A stretch of 63,747 nt of DNA, the filler included. It is 13 parts of 13 records of this genome, joined end to end, with 100 filler letters (N's around TTAATTAATTAA, not from the genome) between each part and the next. Parts side by side here need not be neighbours in the genome. Positions count along the whole stretch, not along the records: positions 28,001 to 35,856 come from SRR7504441_8522; positions 35,957 to 39,043 come from SRR7504441_8523; positions 39,144 to 47,110 come from SRR7504441_8524; 10 more parts are not named here. One strand, 5' to 3'. The first letter of the stretch is position 1. The number at the start of each line of letters is the position of its first letter. The notes under the pieces were generated by a model. That model was not told the origin of the DNA and did no database searches. It saw only the letters and a list, made by a program, of their open reading frames with translations. Positions 33,150 through 45,701 of this stretch are shown one piece after another. The position numbers and the translations under genes were made by a program.

Positions 33150-34693
33150 TTAGTACAAATCTTCCAAGAGCGCACACTGGCAGTAAACATCGGGCATCAC
33201 TTCAAACTGCCGCATCAGCAGCGGCCGAGTCCCTTCAAACAGCGACCGCGCGCCAGCATTGAGCAAGTCTTCTATGTGGGTCAGAATCGTGCTCTCATGC
33301 GACCCCATCACTGCGACCGCCTTCTTCCGGGTCTGCATGTACCCCTCATACACCCCAAGCGCAGTCATGTCCTGATCCACAGCGGTGAGCACCGCAGCCG
33401 CCTCCGCCTCGTCCTGTTCTAGACTCTCCAACAGAGCCTTCCGGTTGACTTGGCCTTCGTTGATATCGATAATCTTGCCGGTCACATCCTTGAGCACCTT
33501 GTGCAGGTGCGCCTGCATCTCCCGCAGCTGCGCCTGCTCCTGCTGCAGCTTGAGCGACATCGCATCCGCCGCCGCCGTCTTGGTACTCCTAACCTCATCC
33601 ATGTCGGCCGTCACCTTGGCGCTGTACGCGCGCAGGGCCGCCCGGTGCACCGCTTCGATCTCCTCGAGCGCCTGATCGTATCCGGCCAGCTCCTGTTCCC
33701 GCTCCGCCTTGAGCTCAGCTTGCTTTGAGAGTAGCCCTAATGGGTCGTACAAGCTGTCCTGCTGCTTGGCCAGCGCCTCCAGCTCCGCCCTGCCAGCCCT
33801 GTCAGCCACGCCCCCCGGCGGCCGGCCCACCGCTCGCTGTTGTCGAGCGCTTTGGACGGGTCCAGCATGTTGTCGTACACTGACACGTGAGGGCCTTCGA
33901 CGTGCTGCATGCTCGGGCGGACGAAATCGCCCCACGACACCTGCTCCCGCAGCTGCAGCACGAACCGCACCACGCTCCGCAGGATCTCAATGCATCGCAT
34001 CTGGCCGCTCGGCTCAGCGCCGGGCGCGCTGGTGAACTGCACCTCTGTCTCTGGGCTGTCAGTCGACTCCAGGAGCTCGTATACCGCGCCGGTCGAGTCA
34101 CGGATGCTCTGCAGAATCACCTGGTCGCCCGGCAGCGGGGCCTGCGACGCTTTGATGATCTGCTCCAGCCTGGCGTACACGTGCTCGCCCAGACCTTGAG
34201 CACCGCCGGGGAGCTCCGGCCGGCCGCTGCCACGCCCCCAGTGAGCACGCACCGGCCCGAGCAGCGCGGGGGCACACCCTGGCTGCTTGAAGTGCGGCTC
34301 GGTCAGCCCGAGGGGCGCCAGCCGGTCTGGAAAGTGTTTGCCGGTGATGAGCCGGCCGGTCAGCTCGCCGACGATCATCTCGCCGTTGGAGATGAGCCCG
34401 TCCATCTGAAGGCTGAGCGCCTCGATCGACTCGACTTTGGCCTCGATGATCTCCCCCGCGGTCGAGCTGGTGGTCTCGATCTCTTGCTTGGCGATCGAGA
34501 GCAGCCGCTGCTTCTCGGCCGCGTGCTTGTGCGCCTGCTCGGCCATCGCGGCCTTGAGCGCCTCGACCTCGGCGTTCTTCTCCTGCAGCCGCTTGAACAG
34601 CTCGATCTCGCCCTCTTGCATCTTAGCCTCGTGCCGCAGCAGCGAGCGCGAGCCCGTCTCCTTGGCCAGCTGCGAGAGCTCCTCAAGCACCAT
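33150..34693 (-). CDS. Hypothetical coiled-coil protein, multi-exon
   Basis: ORFs 33737-34693 and 33150-33935 with coding-like composition, joined by GT-AG mini-introns. Confidence 0.55.
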
Positions 34694-35162
34694 CGCGCTA
34701 ACGGCGTCGCGCCTCAGAATTTTCAGGGCTCGTCATCACTTGAGGTTTCAGCAGAGTTGTCGGTGGCACTGACTGAATTCGTGAATTACTGGAGTAACTG
34801 GACGGAGTGGATGTAGAGTGGATGGCTACTGATCCGCGCACGCGCTGGCGTGCCGGGGTAGGCTCTGGACGTTCGGTTGTACACCTGCGGCCTCCCGGCT
34901 ATTCAGCACGGTTTGAGCACTCGTGGTGAGCTCGAGCGGGTGCTCGCGAGCCTACAGCACGTAGCACAGCCAACATCCCCAGTGCCAATAAATCGCCGAC
35001 CTTCAGATCATCGATCTGAGCGTCATGGAGTGGAGGCGGACGGCAGCAGGGCTGGTGGTGGCGCTGGTGTGCGTGGCGGTGGCGCAGTCGGAGGGTGCCT
35101 GGCCCGCCCGAACCGCATTGCGGCAACACGCACGTCGACAAGCAAACCTTTCTGAACTATGT

Positions 35163-35856
35163 TCAATGGATGGAACACCGAATCAAGAATGAAGCTGCAC
35201 TTGAGTTCATCGACCAAGAGGTTGTTGAAGAAGAGCAGGACGAGGAGGAAGAGGTGACAGAGCCAGAGGAGGGGTCCTGGCAAGTTGTGCGCCAGTCCTT
35301 AAAATTCCGCCTTTGTGCATGAAAGTGGTGCTTTGTATCCGCATATACAAGCCCATTCTTTGTAGAGATACACTTCTGCCCATAACCTCTTAGCCATGAA
35401 GTAGTGAACCATAGCTTCAATTCGTGCCACTTCAGCATCGCTTGCTGCCGTAGCTGATACTGTCGATTCTTTTCGGCATTCCATCTCTGCCAACTGTCTT
35501 GGTAAGAGGAAATATGATATGTTCGCCAGCCATCCAGGGACATATTCCATGCATCCTCTTCTCTGCGGTATTCTGTCCCTTCGAGTTTGACAAGGTCTGC
35601 GATTCCAAGGTTCACTTCACAATATTCAAGCCCATCAAGGCACACTTCGTTGGCAAATTTCATGAAAGTATCAGAATTGTACCTCTGAAGCTTGCGGAGT
35701 TGAGCCAGCATGCCACTGTGTTCCAGATGAAAGACGCGGCTGACCTCTTCGAGGTCGACAGACTGTAGGGAACCACTGCCGTCCCAGTCTAAATGGTCAT
35801 ATGCAGCAAGGCATCGATGCGCAAAGAATTTGTGGAACGCCTCTCTAGAAATCTGC
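35163..35856 (-). CDS. Hypothetical protein fragment (5'-truncated)
   Basis: ORF 35163-35711, W/Q/R-rich; no recognisable domain. Confidence 0.35.
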
Positions 35857-36109
35857 NNNNNNNNNNNNNNNNNNNNNNNNNNNNNNNNNNNNNNNNNNNN
35901 TTAATTAATTAANNNNNNNNNNNNNNNNNNNNNNNNNNNNNNNNNNNNNNNNNNNNGACCGCGCGGGTGGTGGGGCGGACCCCAGCTGACCGAAGCCTCG
36001 CCCGGCCAGAAAAGGTCAGCTCCGATCGGCTGGCTTGCCGCCGTTTGGCCCTGACACTCCGCCTGCTAGGGGCGAGTACCCGCTGAGCGCCTCGACTTTC
36101 TTGAGATCG

Positions 36110-39043
36110 ATGCCCAAGGCGGCGCTGCTCGGTAAGCTCGGCAAGCGGGGCGCCAAGAAGGCGGCCCAGCGGGCTGCGGCCAGCACGCTGAGCCCATCCG
36201 GCCAACCTGCAGCGAAGAACAAGCCCCCGCCGGACGATGAGCCAGAGCCGACCGGATGGAGCCAGGAGCAGCTCTGGGCTCTGTACCCCCGTCGGGCGTG
36301 CAGGAAGTTAATTGAAATCCCAAGAGACCAGCTGCCCACACTGCACGAAGCCGCTCGGGATGGGGATCTCCAAGCGATCCAGCAGCTCGTGGCCGATCCG
36401 GCAGTGGCGCTGGATGCACTTGAGGCCGACGGGAGGACAGCGCTGCACGAAGCGGCTCGGTGCGGGCACGGCAACGCGGTGGGGCTGCTGCTGGAGGCCA
36501 AGGCGTCGGTGGATGCGGCCACCAGGAGCCGGTCCACCCCACTGCACTTTGCGGCGGTGAGCGGGAACCGGGCGGCGGTGGCGGCGCTGCTGGCGGCCAA
36601 GGCGGCAGTGGATGCGTGCACGGGAGACGGAATTTCGCCACTACACTGGGCGGCGCGGTACAACCAGGCTGAGGCGGCAGCAGCACTGCTTGACGGTGGG
36701 GCTGAGCTGGATAAGCAGACGATGCTCGGATGGACTCCTGCACACCTCGCGGCAGGGGAGGGTCACGTGGCAGTAGCCAAGGACTCTGACTGATTTTTAA
36801 CGGTACCGGTCAGGTGATCGAGCTGCTGCTGCGGTGGGGGGCGGCGTTGGATCTGAAGGACAAGGATGGTCGGACAGCAGTGAAAATGGCGCGCGAGTAC
36901 CGCCAGCAGGCGGTGCGTGCCTGATTTGATACTTTTATTCCCCATTTTTATTGGTCAGCAATCGAAGCTGGTACAGGTGCTGGACGCGTTTGAGGCGGCA
37001 GAGGATGCTGGTGGGGATTTGTTCAACGCTGTGGCTATGAACGACATTAAGTTGGTTAAGCACCTAATTGCCCAGCCGGGGGTGGCTTCGTGCACAAGAT
37101 ACGCGCAGGGCGTAGCCGGAGAGACGATGTTGCACGTTGCGGCGCGGAGAGGTAATGCGTAAACGTGGGCCAATGACCATCAGGCTGCAGGACACATGGC
37201 GATAGTAGAGATCTTGATGGCCGTTGAGGGCAGTGCAATCTGTGGGCTGGTTCATGAGCACGACCAGCATGGCTGGCTGCCGCAGCACTGGGCCGCCCGT
37301 TGCGGGCACCAGGAGGTGCTCAAGGCACTGTTGGAGGCCAACGGACAGCTTGAGGTCCCCGGTCGTGACGGTGCAACGGTACAATAGAGCTTTTCTTGCT
37401 AAGTCTATGTAAATGGGTGGAGATTTGATTAGTCCTGTTGTACTAGGCGCTGCACTGGGCAGCAATAGGGCAGCACACGGGGATCGTGGCGGAGCTGTTG
37501 GGTATGTCTGAGGACAAGGAGCGGTTTCTGGCGGCGCAGGACCGGGACAGCTGGCAAGCACTGCACTTTTCAGCGGGTCATGGAAACTATGAAGTGACCA
37601 AAATACTGCTCGACGCCCGGTGCGGGGTGGACTACATGGGTGCCGAGAGCGGGGGATAGATCGGAGCTGGACGCACAGACCAACCATGGGTGTACTCCGC
37701 TCTTCTTGGCGGTCTGTGAACCATATTGCGCAATTGGAAAGCAGTGCTTAACTAGTGAGGTTTAGGTCCGGGACGGGCACCTTGACCTGGCTCGGCTGTT
37801 GCTCTGCCGGCGGGCCTTCATCGACGCTCAGACAAAGAATGGCCGCTCAGTTCTATTGTTCGCGGCCCAGAATGCTAATCCGACTGTCGTCGATCTCCTG
37901 CTCAAGGCGGGGTATCTAGCTGACAGAACTAAACATAACGGTAATTGTGGCGGTCAGGGGTGACTGTAAGCTACAGGATGATTCTGGGCAGACTGCGCTG
38001 CATTTGGCTGCCACCGAGGGGGCTGGGCTGCACCTGGAGGACTCGCTGGCCACCATGCAGCTCCTGCTGAGCGGGGGCAAGAAGCATTTTAGCTGCAATT
38101 CGAACGGCACGGGTGCAGGTGCCGCTGTGGACGCAAGAGACAAGCAGAGTAAGACAGCGCTGCACACGGCGGCCGAGGCTGGGCATGCAAGGGTAGTCCA
38201 GGCAACTTTTGGCCTGAAAGCGGCCCAACTGCAGTTTGGCAGGCACTGCTCGAGGCTAAAATAGATGTGGATAGTGAGCTGGAGGATGGATCGACTGCTC
38301 TGCATCTCGCGGCCGAGGCGGACCATCCAGTCGTGCTGAGTGTTCTGCTCCAGGCGGGCGCCGAGGTTGCTAACCTCAGTTGCAATTAAAATGCTGAGTG
38401 TAGTGGTTGGTTGCTGAACACATTTTAATTGCAGCTGAGCAAGAAGAATCGTCGGGGGGTGACACCATTCAAGGCAGCCCAGGCAATGAAAGAATCATTC
38501 ATTCAAGTGCTGAGTGCGGGCTGTTCAGTTGAGAAAGAGCCTGGATGCTTCTCAACTTCTCAACGACGCCAGGCGCAAGGCGCTGGAGCTGCACGAGGCC
38601 GCTGCGGCCGGCAATGTGCCGCGAGTTGAGCTGATAATGAGCCAGGCAAGTATGCCGATTGGGCTGGGCTGTTGAAGCTACAACCCGTCAGCTGATTTGG
38701 AGCATGCAGGAGCTAGCGGCAGTTCATATCCAAGATGAGTCCGGGGCGACTGCGCTGCACTCAGCAGTGCGTGAGGGGTACAGCGAGGTGGTGGAGCGGC
38801 TATTGGCGGTGAAGGCGGCTGTGAATGCTCCAACCAAGGCGCTCTGGACAGCCTTGCACTTTGCCGCGCGAGAGGGGCATACGGCTGCTGCCAGGCTGTT
38901 GATTGGGGGCGGGAGCGCCATCAACGCTCAGACCCAGTACGGCCAGACTGCGCTGATCATGTCAGCGTCCAAGGGCCACACATCCATGGTGCAGCTACTG
39001 ATCGGGACCTCAGCTAGCGTGGAACCGCAGGTATTTTCCCAAT
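36110..39043 (+). CDS. Ankyrin repeat protein, many exons, 3'-truncated
   Basis: Repeated G-x-T-(A/P)-L-H-x-A-A-x-x-G-H...LL-x-x-G-A-x-V-D units throughout; about 12 mini-introns. Confidence 0.9.
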
Positions 39044-39143
39044 NNNNNNNNNNNNNNNNNNNNNNNNNNNNNNNNNNNNNNNNNNNNTTAATTAATTAAN
39101 NNNNNNNNNNNNNNNNNNNNNNNNNNNNNNNNNNNNNNNNNNN

Positions 39144-41833
39144 ACCGAAGACCACAACTCGTAACCGGTCACAGCACTCCCGTTGGCCAGTGGAACAGGC
39201 CAGCCAATTGCGACAGCACCGGTCTCTATGACCTCGCATCGCATGATCACTGGGGCTGCAGCAGGCAGCGGCATAGGCAGTGTGATATCCAGCGTCTCAG
39301 ACCATGGGCTGTCGCCAGCATTCGAGAAAGCACAGTATCGGAACGCAAGTGTGGCGCCTGGTTCGATATCGTCCGTCATGGTCCACTCGAGCACATCAGG
39401 AGGGAGTTCGCAGACCTGAACAGCACAAGACACATCAGTCAGCCGGCTCCAACCGCTGGAGACACACCGAGAACCACCCCGCGACGTCCTTGAGCTCGCC
39501 GGTCTGGCTGTCTGCCGAATACCAGGGCTTGGTGGTGCGGCGCTGGAGTGAGTAGCCTCGGACCGGTGCGCCAAACAGCTCGGGCTCAGTCAGCTTGAGA
39601 GTAAGCTTATTGAACTGCGGCTTGCCCACCACGGCCAGGCACTCCGGCTGGCTGGGCGGCTCGGAGAGAGTCATCACAGACGTGGGCTCCGACCACTCGC
39701 CGAACCCCTCTGCGTTCTGTGCTCTCACGCGGAACTGATACTCAGAGCCCGCGAGCAGCTCGTTCACAGTCAGCTGGTTGGCTGCCACACCGGCCGGGTG
39801 CCACAGGTGGGCGTCCTGCTCTCCGTCCGCCGCCCAGGTCCGGACGTGGTTGAACTTATTGTTGGCCACTGTCCGCCACTCTGTCCGGAGCAGCCTCTTG
39901 TCTCGGACCTGGACCTCCCAATGTGTCACGGCTGGGCCGTCAAAGTCTGCCATCAGCAACGGGCCCCACTGGAGCGTCACTGCGTTCAGCCCGAGCTTGG
40001 CCTCCACACAGGCTGGTGGGTGCGCCTTGGCCGGCATCGCTGCTGTCCTGGTGAGAACCGTCAGTCCTGCGCTCTCGAGAGACGATCCAGCCACGGACTC
40101 AGCTGCCAGCCTGAACACGTACGCCGTGCCCGGCTCCAGCTGGTGCTGGGTGTGCTCGCGGACGTATGGCGGGTAAGAGCCCACTGGTACCCACCCCTTG
40201 TGTGAAGAGAGCATCTCGACTCGCATCGCAGTGATGTCCGCTCCACGCATCTCTGGGTACACCCATCCGATCGTCGCTGCCCCAAACTCAGAGCGCAGCA
40301 CAGCGGGCGGCCGCACCGTGGAAGAACGACTCGCCCACCGAGAATGGGGTGCTCGGCTGGAGCGGAGGCTTGGGCTGCTCCGTGATCTGTCGTCAGCTCT
40401 GAGAGCGAGCTGAGGGCGGAGCCGCACCACGGTGAGGCTTGAGGGCTGGCCACTCCCAGCGCTGTTGACTGCGACCACCGCCACGTGGTACGACATGTCC
40501 GGCTCGAGCGCATGGATTGAGTACTCAAGCTGGTCCGTCTGGCCGACCTGCCCGACCGCTCAGGCTGGACTCGACTCACTCCGGACCTCGCAGAGCTTCT
40601 TGTTGCCGGTCTCGCAGCAGTAGATTTTGTACTTGCTGATAGCGAAGCTGTGGTCCTCGGGCGCCAGCCACTTGAGCCGCACGGTGTCGTGGCTGGCAGA
40701 GACCAACTGCCCGGCTCGTGAGCGGCTGGTTGCAGCTGCCTGAACCTCGAGCTGCTCCGGAGCCTCGGCCACGACCGGACTCAGCGTGCTCAGCTCGACG
40801 AAGCTGGATATGGCCGAGTCCCGCCCCTCGGCGTCGCAGCACAGACAGGCCACCCCGAAGGCGTACCGGCGGCCCGGCTGCAGCCCCTCAGCCTGCCGCT
40901 GGTGAGTCACGGAGCTCACGAGCATCGCACCGTGTATTGGACTGTTTCCGGATGGGACGCGTCGCACGGCGAGCGGTAGGTGTGGTCCGGGGCCGGCCGG
41001 ATGGTGTCTAGGTGCATGGCCCCGCCCACTGCATGGCAGTCGACTCCTTCGAATGGCTTGTGGCTCAGAGAGCCGTCGTCAGCGACCAGATAGATGCCAA
41101 ACCCCGCCAGCCGGTCGCAGTACTTGCGGTCGTAGCAGGACTGCGGCACCCGCCAGGCGAACGTCAGCGTGCACGGCGTGGCCTCGACCAGCCTGCAACC
41201 AGTCATGCCCTCACAGCACTGCGCGCACCAGGGCGCCTCCGGTGCTTCGAGGGTGAACGCTGGGACCGGCTCCTCCAGCACAGCGGCTGGGTCCGCAAAG
41301 GTGGCCTTCGCGTCGAAGAACAGGCTCCGGTACATCCCGAGCGACTCCTCGGGGGTCCGAGCGGCCAGAAGCGCCCCGTAGTCGGCCTGCCCGCCCAGTC
41401 GGCCGCGGCGGGGGGCGTGCGGGACTTCGAGCGGGTTGCCCTGGAGCGCGAGCGATCGGAGCCGGGTGAGGTTGCCCAGCGTCCACGGCAGCCGCCGCAG
41501 CTTGTTCTCGCTCAGATCGAGCGCGGCCAGGTTGCTGAATCCGCCGAGGGCCACTGGCAGCTCCTCGAGCCGATTGCCCGCCAGCGAGAGGTGCACCAGG
41601 TGGTGCATCTGGAAGGTCCGGTCCGGTATCTGCCGCCCCGGGCTCCCAGCCGGTCCGGGGGGCGGGCCGCACCGTGAACAGGCTGAGCCGGTCCAGCCGG
41701 AGCACCCCGCTGGTCTCGGCCGCCTCGAGCGCGTGGCCCACCGCCACGAACTTGTCGTACCTGCGGCCAGCGAGTCGGTCGAGCGCAGCAGGGCCGCGCA
41801 CCCAGGGTTCGGGGCCGTCGGACGCATCGTCAT
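39144..41833 (-). CDS. LRR + tandem fibronectin type III protein, 3'-truncated
   Basis: LxxLSLAGNRLEELP and LDLSENKLRRLP LRRs; FN3 motifs (W..P, LEPGTAYVFRLAAES, YQFRVRAQNAEGFGEWS). Confidence 0.85.
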
Positions 41834-42003
41834 CCCCTGCGAATCAGCGGCCAGGAACTGCTCTCCTCCGCAGCCTCTGGTGGGCCCTCTGGCTGCACTC
41901 GTAACAGCGCAGCTGCAGCAGATCTAACGGATTCTAGACAGCTCACATTGCGCCGCGGGTCGCTCTTTGAAGAGAGCTCCGAACACTACTGGGGCGTACC
42001 GTG

Positions 42004-45000
42004 ATGGCGTCGGGCGGAGACCTGGAGGTGGGGCGTCCTTGTTCTCCTCCTAAGCGGTCGTTCTACCCCCCGGGATGTTCGTACAACGACCAACCGGGCT
42101 ACGTCGGGAACCTGTCGGTGGACCAGAGGATCGCCCTTAAATTGCTCAAGACCCGACTGCGCGAGGCCGGAATTGACCTGCATGTGGGCAACTGCAAACA
42201 TCCCAAGGAGAACAAGGACGCCTTCCTGCTACGCTTTCTGCGGGCACGCAACTTTCACGTCGAGAACGCCAAAAAGCTGCTTGTGGCCGACGTTCAGTGG
42301 CGGGTGGAGCAGGGGATCGAAGAGCTGACCAACCGGACTGCCCGGTGGGGCGCGCGCATGGGACGGGTGAGGGAGTTGCGGGGCAGGTCGATACTTGAGT
42401 GTGACCCGGTGGACGTCAACCGGCACTACCCTCACTGGACTCACAAGACCGACAAGTTCGGGAGGCCTGTCCTGTTTGAGAAGACCGCCGACTGCAACAT
42501 GGACAAGGTGCTCGAGCTGACCGAACAGAAGAACGTGGTCGACTACCACATATGGCGGGCCGAGCGCAACTGCCGCAAGCTGCACCGGCAGACTGAGTGC
42601 ACCGGCTACCAGGTGCCTGATTTGAACTGATTTGAACTCGCTCTAAAGTCTGATGTGTCAGGTGGATACATTCTGTTCTGTGGTTGACGTCAAGGGGATG
42701 GGCCTCTCGCAGGTATCCCGTAAGTTCCTGTCAGTGGTGCAAGAGATTGCAGCCATTGACCAAGACCACTACCCTGAGCGGCTGGGAGTTCTCTTCATCT
42801 GTAACATACCTCGGATCTTTTGGATGGTCTGGGCCGGAGTCAAGCCGTGGCTCTCCGAGCGCACCACCGACAAGATCAAAATCTTGACCAGCTCGGAGGT
42901 GAATGAGGAACTGGCCAAACACATCGATCTGGCTAATTTGCCTGAGGAATACGGAGGCACTTGCCGATGCGAGGGCGGATGCTTGTCCGAGCGGTACGAT
43001 CCGGACGAGGCTGAGAGACTCGACGAGGCGGCTGTGCTGCCGGAGCCAAGCATGCTAAGCAAGCACAGGCGGATGCACAGCCGTGATGTCGGCCATCGTA
43101 GAGCGCAGAGCTGTGACAGCCAGGCAGAGATGAGCTTTCACTCCGCTCTGGATCTGGATGAGCAGAATGGCGACCTGACATCGATGGCGGACTCGGAGTT
43201 CGACGATGAGGAGCTTACCCCGGAGGAGGCAGCTGCCCTTGAGGCAACGCGGCAGGCCCTCAAGAAAAACCAGTGTTTGTTTCGGTGGTGTAACACTGCA
43301 CCATATGCTCTTGCAGTGGTGCTGATTACGCTCGCTATCTATGCGCGAGCGGCGTTGTGGTGGGATAACGGTGCGGGACGCCGGGTAACTGCCTGGTGTG
43401 TTGCTGGGAGTTTCATGCTTGGGTGCGTGCTGTTGCTCACTGGCTTTATTGGCAACTATGGTGTGAATGCATCACGGCCTATGGTGCTGCAGGCCTATGG
43501 TATGCTCGCGTCAGTGTTTGCACTTCAAATCCTCGCGCTCGGCATCGCAGTCCTTGGTTGCCATCAAGAGATAGCAGACATGGTGAGTGCAACTAAGGAG
43601 GAGAAGGCAAATCTGCAGGACTACTCGATTGCATATGGGAGCTGTGCCGTAGTGGCAGCCGTACTGCTGGGCCTGAACGGATACTTGGCCTTCTCATTGA
43701 AGTCCAAGATCGAGCAGCAGCCTGACCCAGTCCCTGAGGACACTCAGCTTCGGTTCATGCTGCGTATTATATCAGCTGCCATCCTGCTCATGGCCACGGT
43801 CTCATTTGCTCTCGGGTGGAGCTGCTCGCTTCTGGCATCCTATACCTCGAATTATGTCTTTGGCATTTTTGTTTTCACTGTAGGCTCCCTGGTGATGGCT
43901 GTTGTGGCAACAGCTAGTATAGTGATAGCTTCATCGTCAAAGACACAATCTTCCTTGAGCAAGCTGAATATACTCTGGTGGACCATTGTGGTGGTGCTTC
44001 TTGGGTTGATCGGTTACACAATTGCCACGGGGATTTCTATCAATGAGATACAAGGCGAAATAGCTTCCAACTGGCAATCAATCAAAGTGCAGCTCAATAA
44101 GCACGACGATTGGAGGAATAAAACCCAAGACGAGATTGTGGCCACACTCGAGTGGAATCGGATATTTGTGGTGGCAGCCTGTTGCATGCAATGGACTCTA
44201 TTCGGGTTTCTGCTGTTCATGCTGGGCAAGTTTGTGCTGCACGTTAAAGAGCACGCGGTGGAATCAACCCAAAGGCAAGTATTGACCCTCACAAACAAGC
44301 TGATCGTGATCTGGGCTTGCGTGGCCGCGTTCTTTCAACTCTTCTGGCAAAGCCAGTATCTGCTCTTCATGAACTGGCTATCTGTGGACAGTTCAGCCAA
44401 AAGTGATTACAGTCAAAGTTGGTTTGTTGCTTCTTGGTTTCTCATGGGTGATGCTGACGATCGATACTCGCATGAAGATCACATGCTGTGGACCCTAGAA
44501 CTATTTGCTGTGATACTCGGTGTGCCCCTCTGCTTGCTATTGGCTTGGGGCATCTGCGAGAAGCTTCCATCACGTTACGTTGTCGGGCTGATGGCGTCTG
44601 CGCTTCAGATCTACCATGCCCTACTTTACTTCATCTCTGAGGCCTCGGACTCTTTCGACAATACGCCAGGAGTCAACACAGTCGAATTCTGGATGATTTT
44701 CGTGCTTGTCACTCTTCTTCGATTTGTGGTACCAATTCCAATTTTTGTTCACTGCTGGCGGATTCTGGTACGGAGTGTTGCAATCATGGATGCCCAGCCT
44801 GTCGAGCACTCCCAACCAGATGACAAGAAATCATTTGTGGAGGCTTGCATGCCCGAGGAGAATACCTCGACCGAGGGAGCAGACGCCAAGCCCTCTACCG
44901 ACGATGCTCGTAGTGATGCCCCATGGTTCCACAGCACTGAATCTGTGCCGCCAGACGAAGCTGGAGTGGAATTGAGCAGTCCATTGTCGCAAATTGCGAG

Positions 45001-45292
45001 TCCGACCAATTTCGAGACACCAGCCCATACACCTTGCATTACTGCTGAAGGAGCAACACCTGGAGCTCCGTCGCCATCAGTGCTTGAATTGCGCTCAGAG
45101 CCAGCTCAGCCTGAGGCGAGCACATTCAAACAGCTCAGTGTCGCAGCACTTCCAGTTGCTGGCATGGAAAGGGTGGAAGCAGGAGCTCAAGCAGAAGACA
45201 CAGATGAGATGCCAGAGCTCGTCATGTACAATGAAGATCAAACGACCGACCCACCAAGGCCTCTAGCGCCTGAGGTAGTGGAGGGATCATGA
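42004..45292 (+). CDS. Sec14/CRAL-TRIO domain fused to a multipass membrane region (tetraspanin-like x2 + EBP/EXPERA-like)
   Basis: DAFLLRFLRARNF, TDKFGRPV, DQDHYPERLG..FICN.P..F..VW..VKPWL..RT..KI, LPEEYGG; two introns, then an intronless TM region containing WFLMGDADDRY...LE...GVPL...QIYHALLYFISE. Confidence 0.85.
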
Positions 45293-45397
45293 TATGTGGA
45301 ATTAATGTGGAATTGTCGTTTATAGATTAGTTTATAGATGATTGCATTATTACTTAAATGTAATATGATTATATTGAGGTTGTCTTGGGTTTGACGA

Positions 45398-45428
45398 TTA
45401 CTTACTTACTTGCTTACTTACTTACCTA
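45398..45428. repeat. (TTAC)n microsatellite
   Basis: ttacttacttacttgcttacttacttacc. Confidence 0.8.
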
Positions 45429-45701
45429 CGACCTAGAAAAGGAGGCCCCGGCGGGGCTTTATACAACTGTACATGTAAGTGAACTGCTTGATAGAGCAGA
45501 GCCGTGACTAATTAATCTCCAAAACGTGAAGCTTGATTAATATTTCGAGCTCGAGCTTGATTGAGTAGACAATCATAGAGTATACACTCGTTTTCCAAAT
45601 TGATTTATTTTAAACTGTGGAGCCGATCATGATCAATCTAAGATGTGATCGGTTGAAGATTAAATTCCGAGCCGCGCAGGGTGACTCTCGTGAGTCCCGT
45701 C

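Noticed and set aside
33887-34816. Long antisense/overlapping ORFs (also 17-754, 6322-7011, 31006-31752, 57696-58643)
   Set aside because: These are shadow ORFs expected in high-GC coding DNA and carry no independent motifs.
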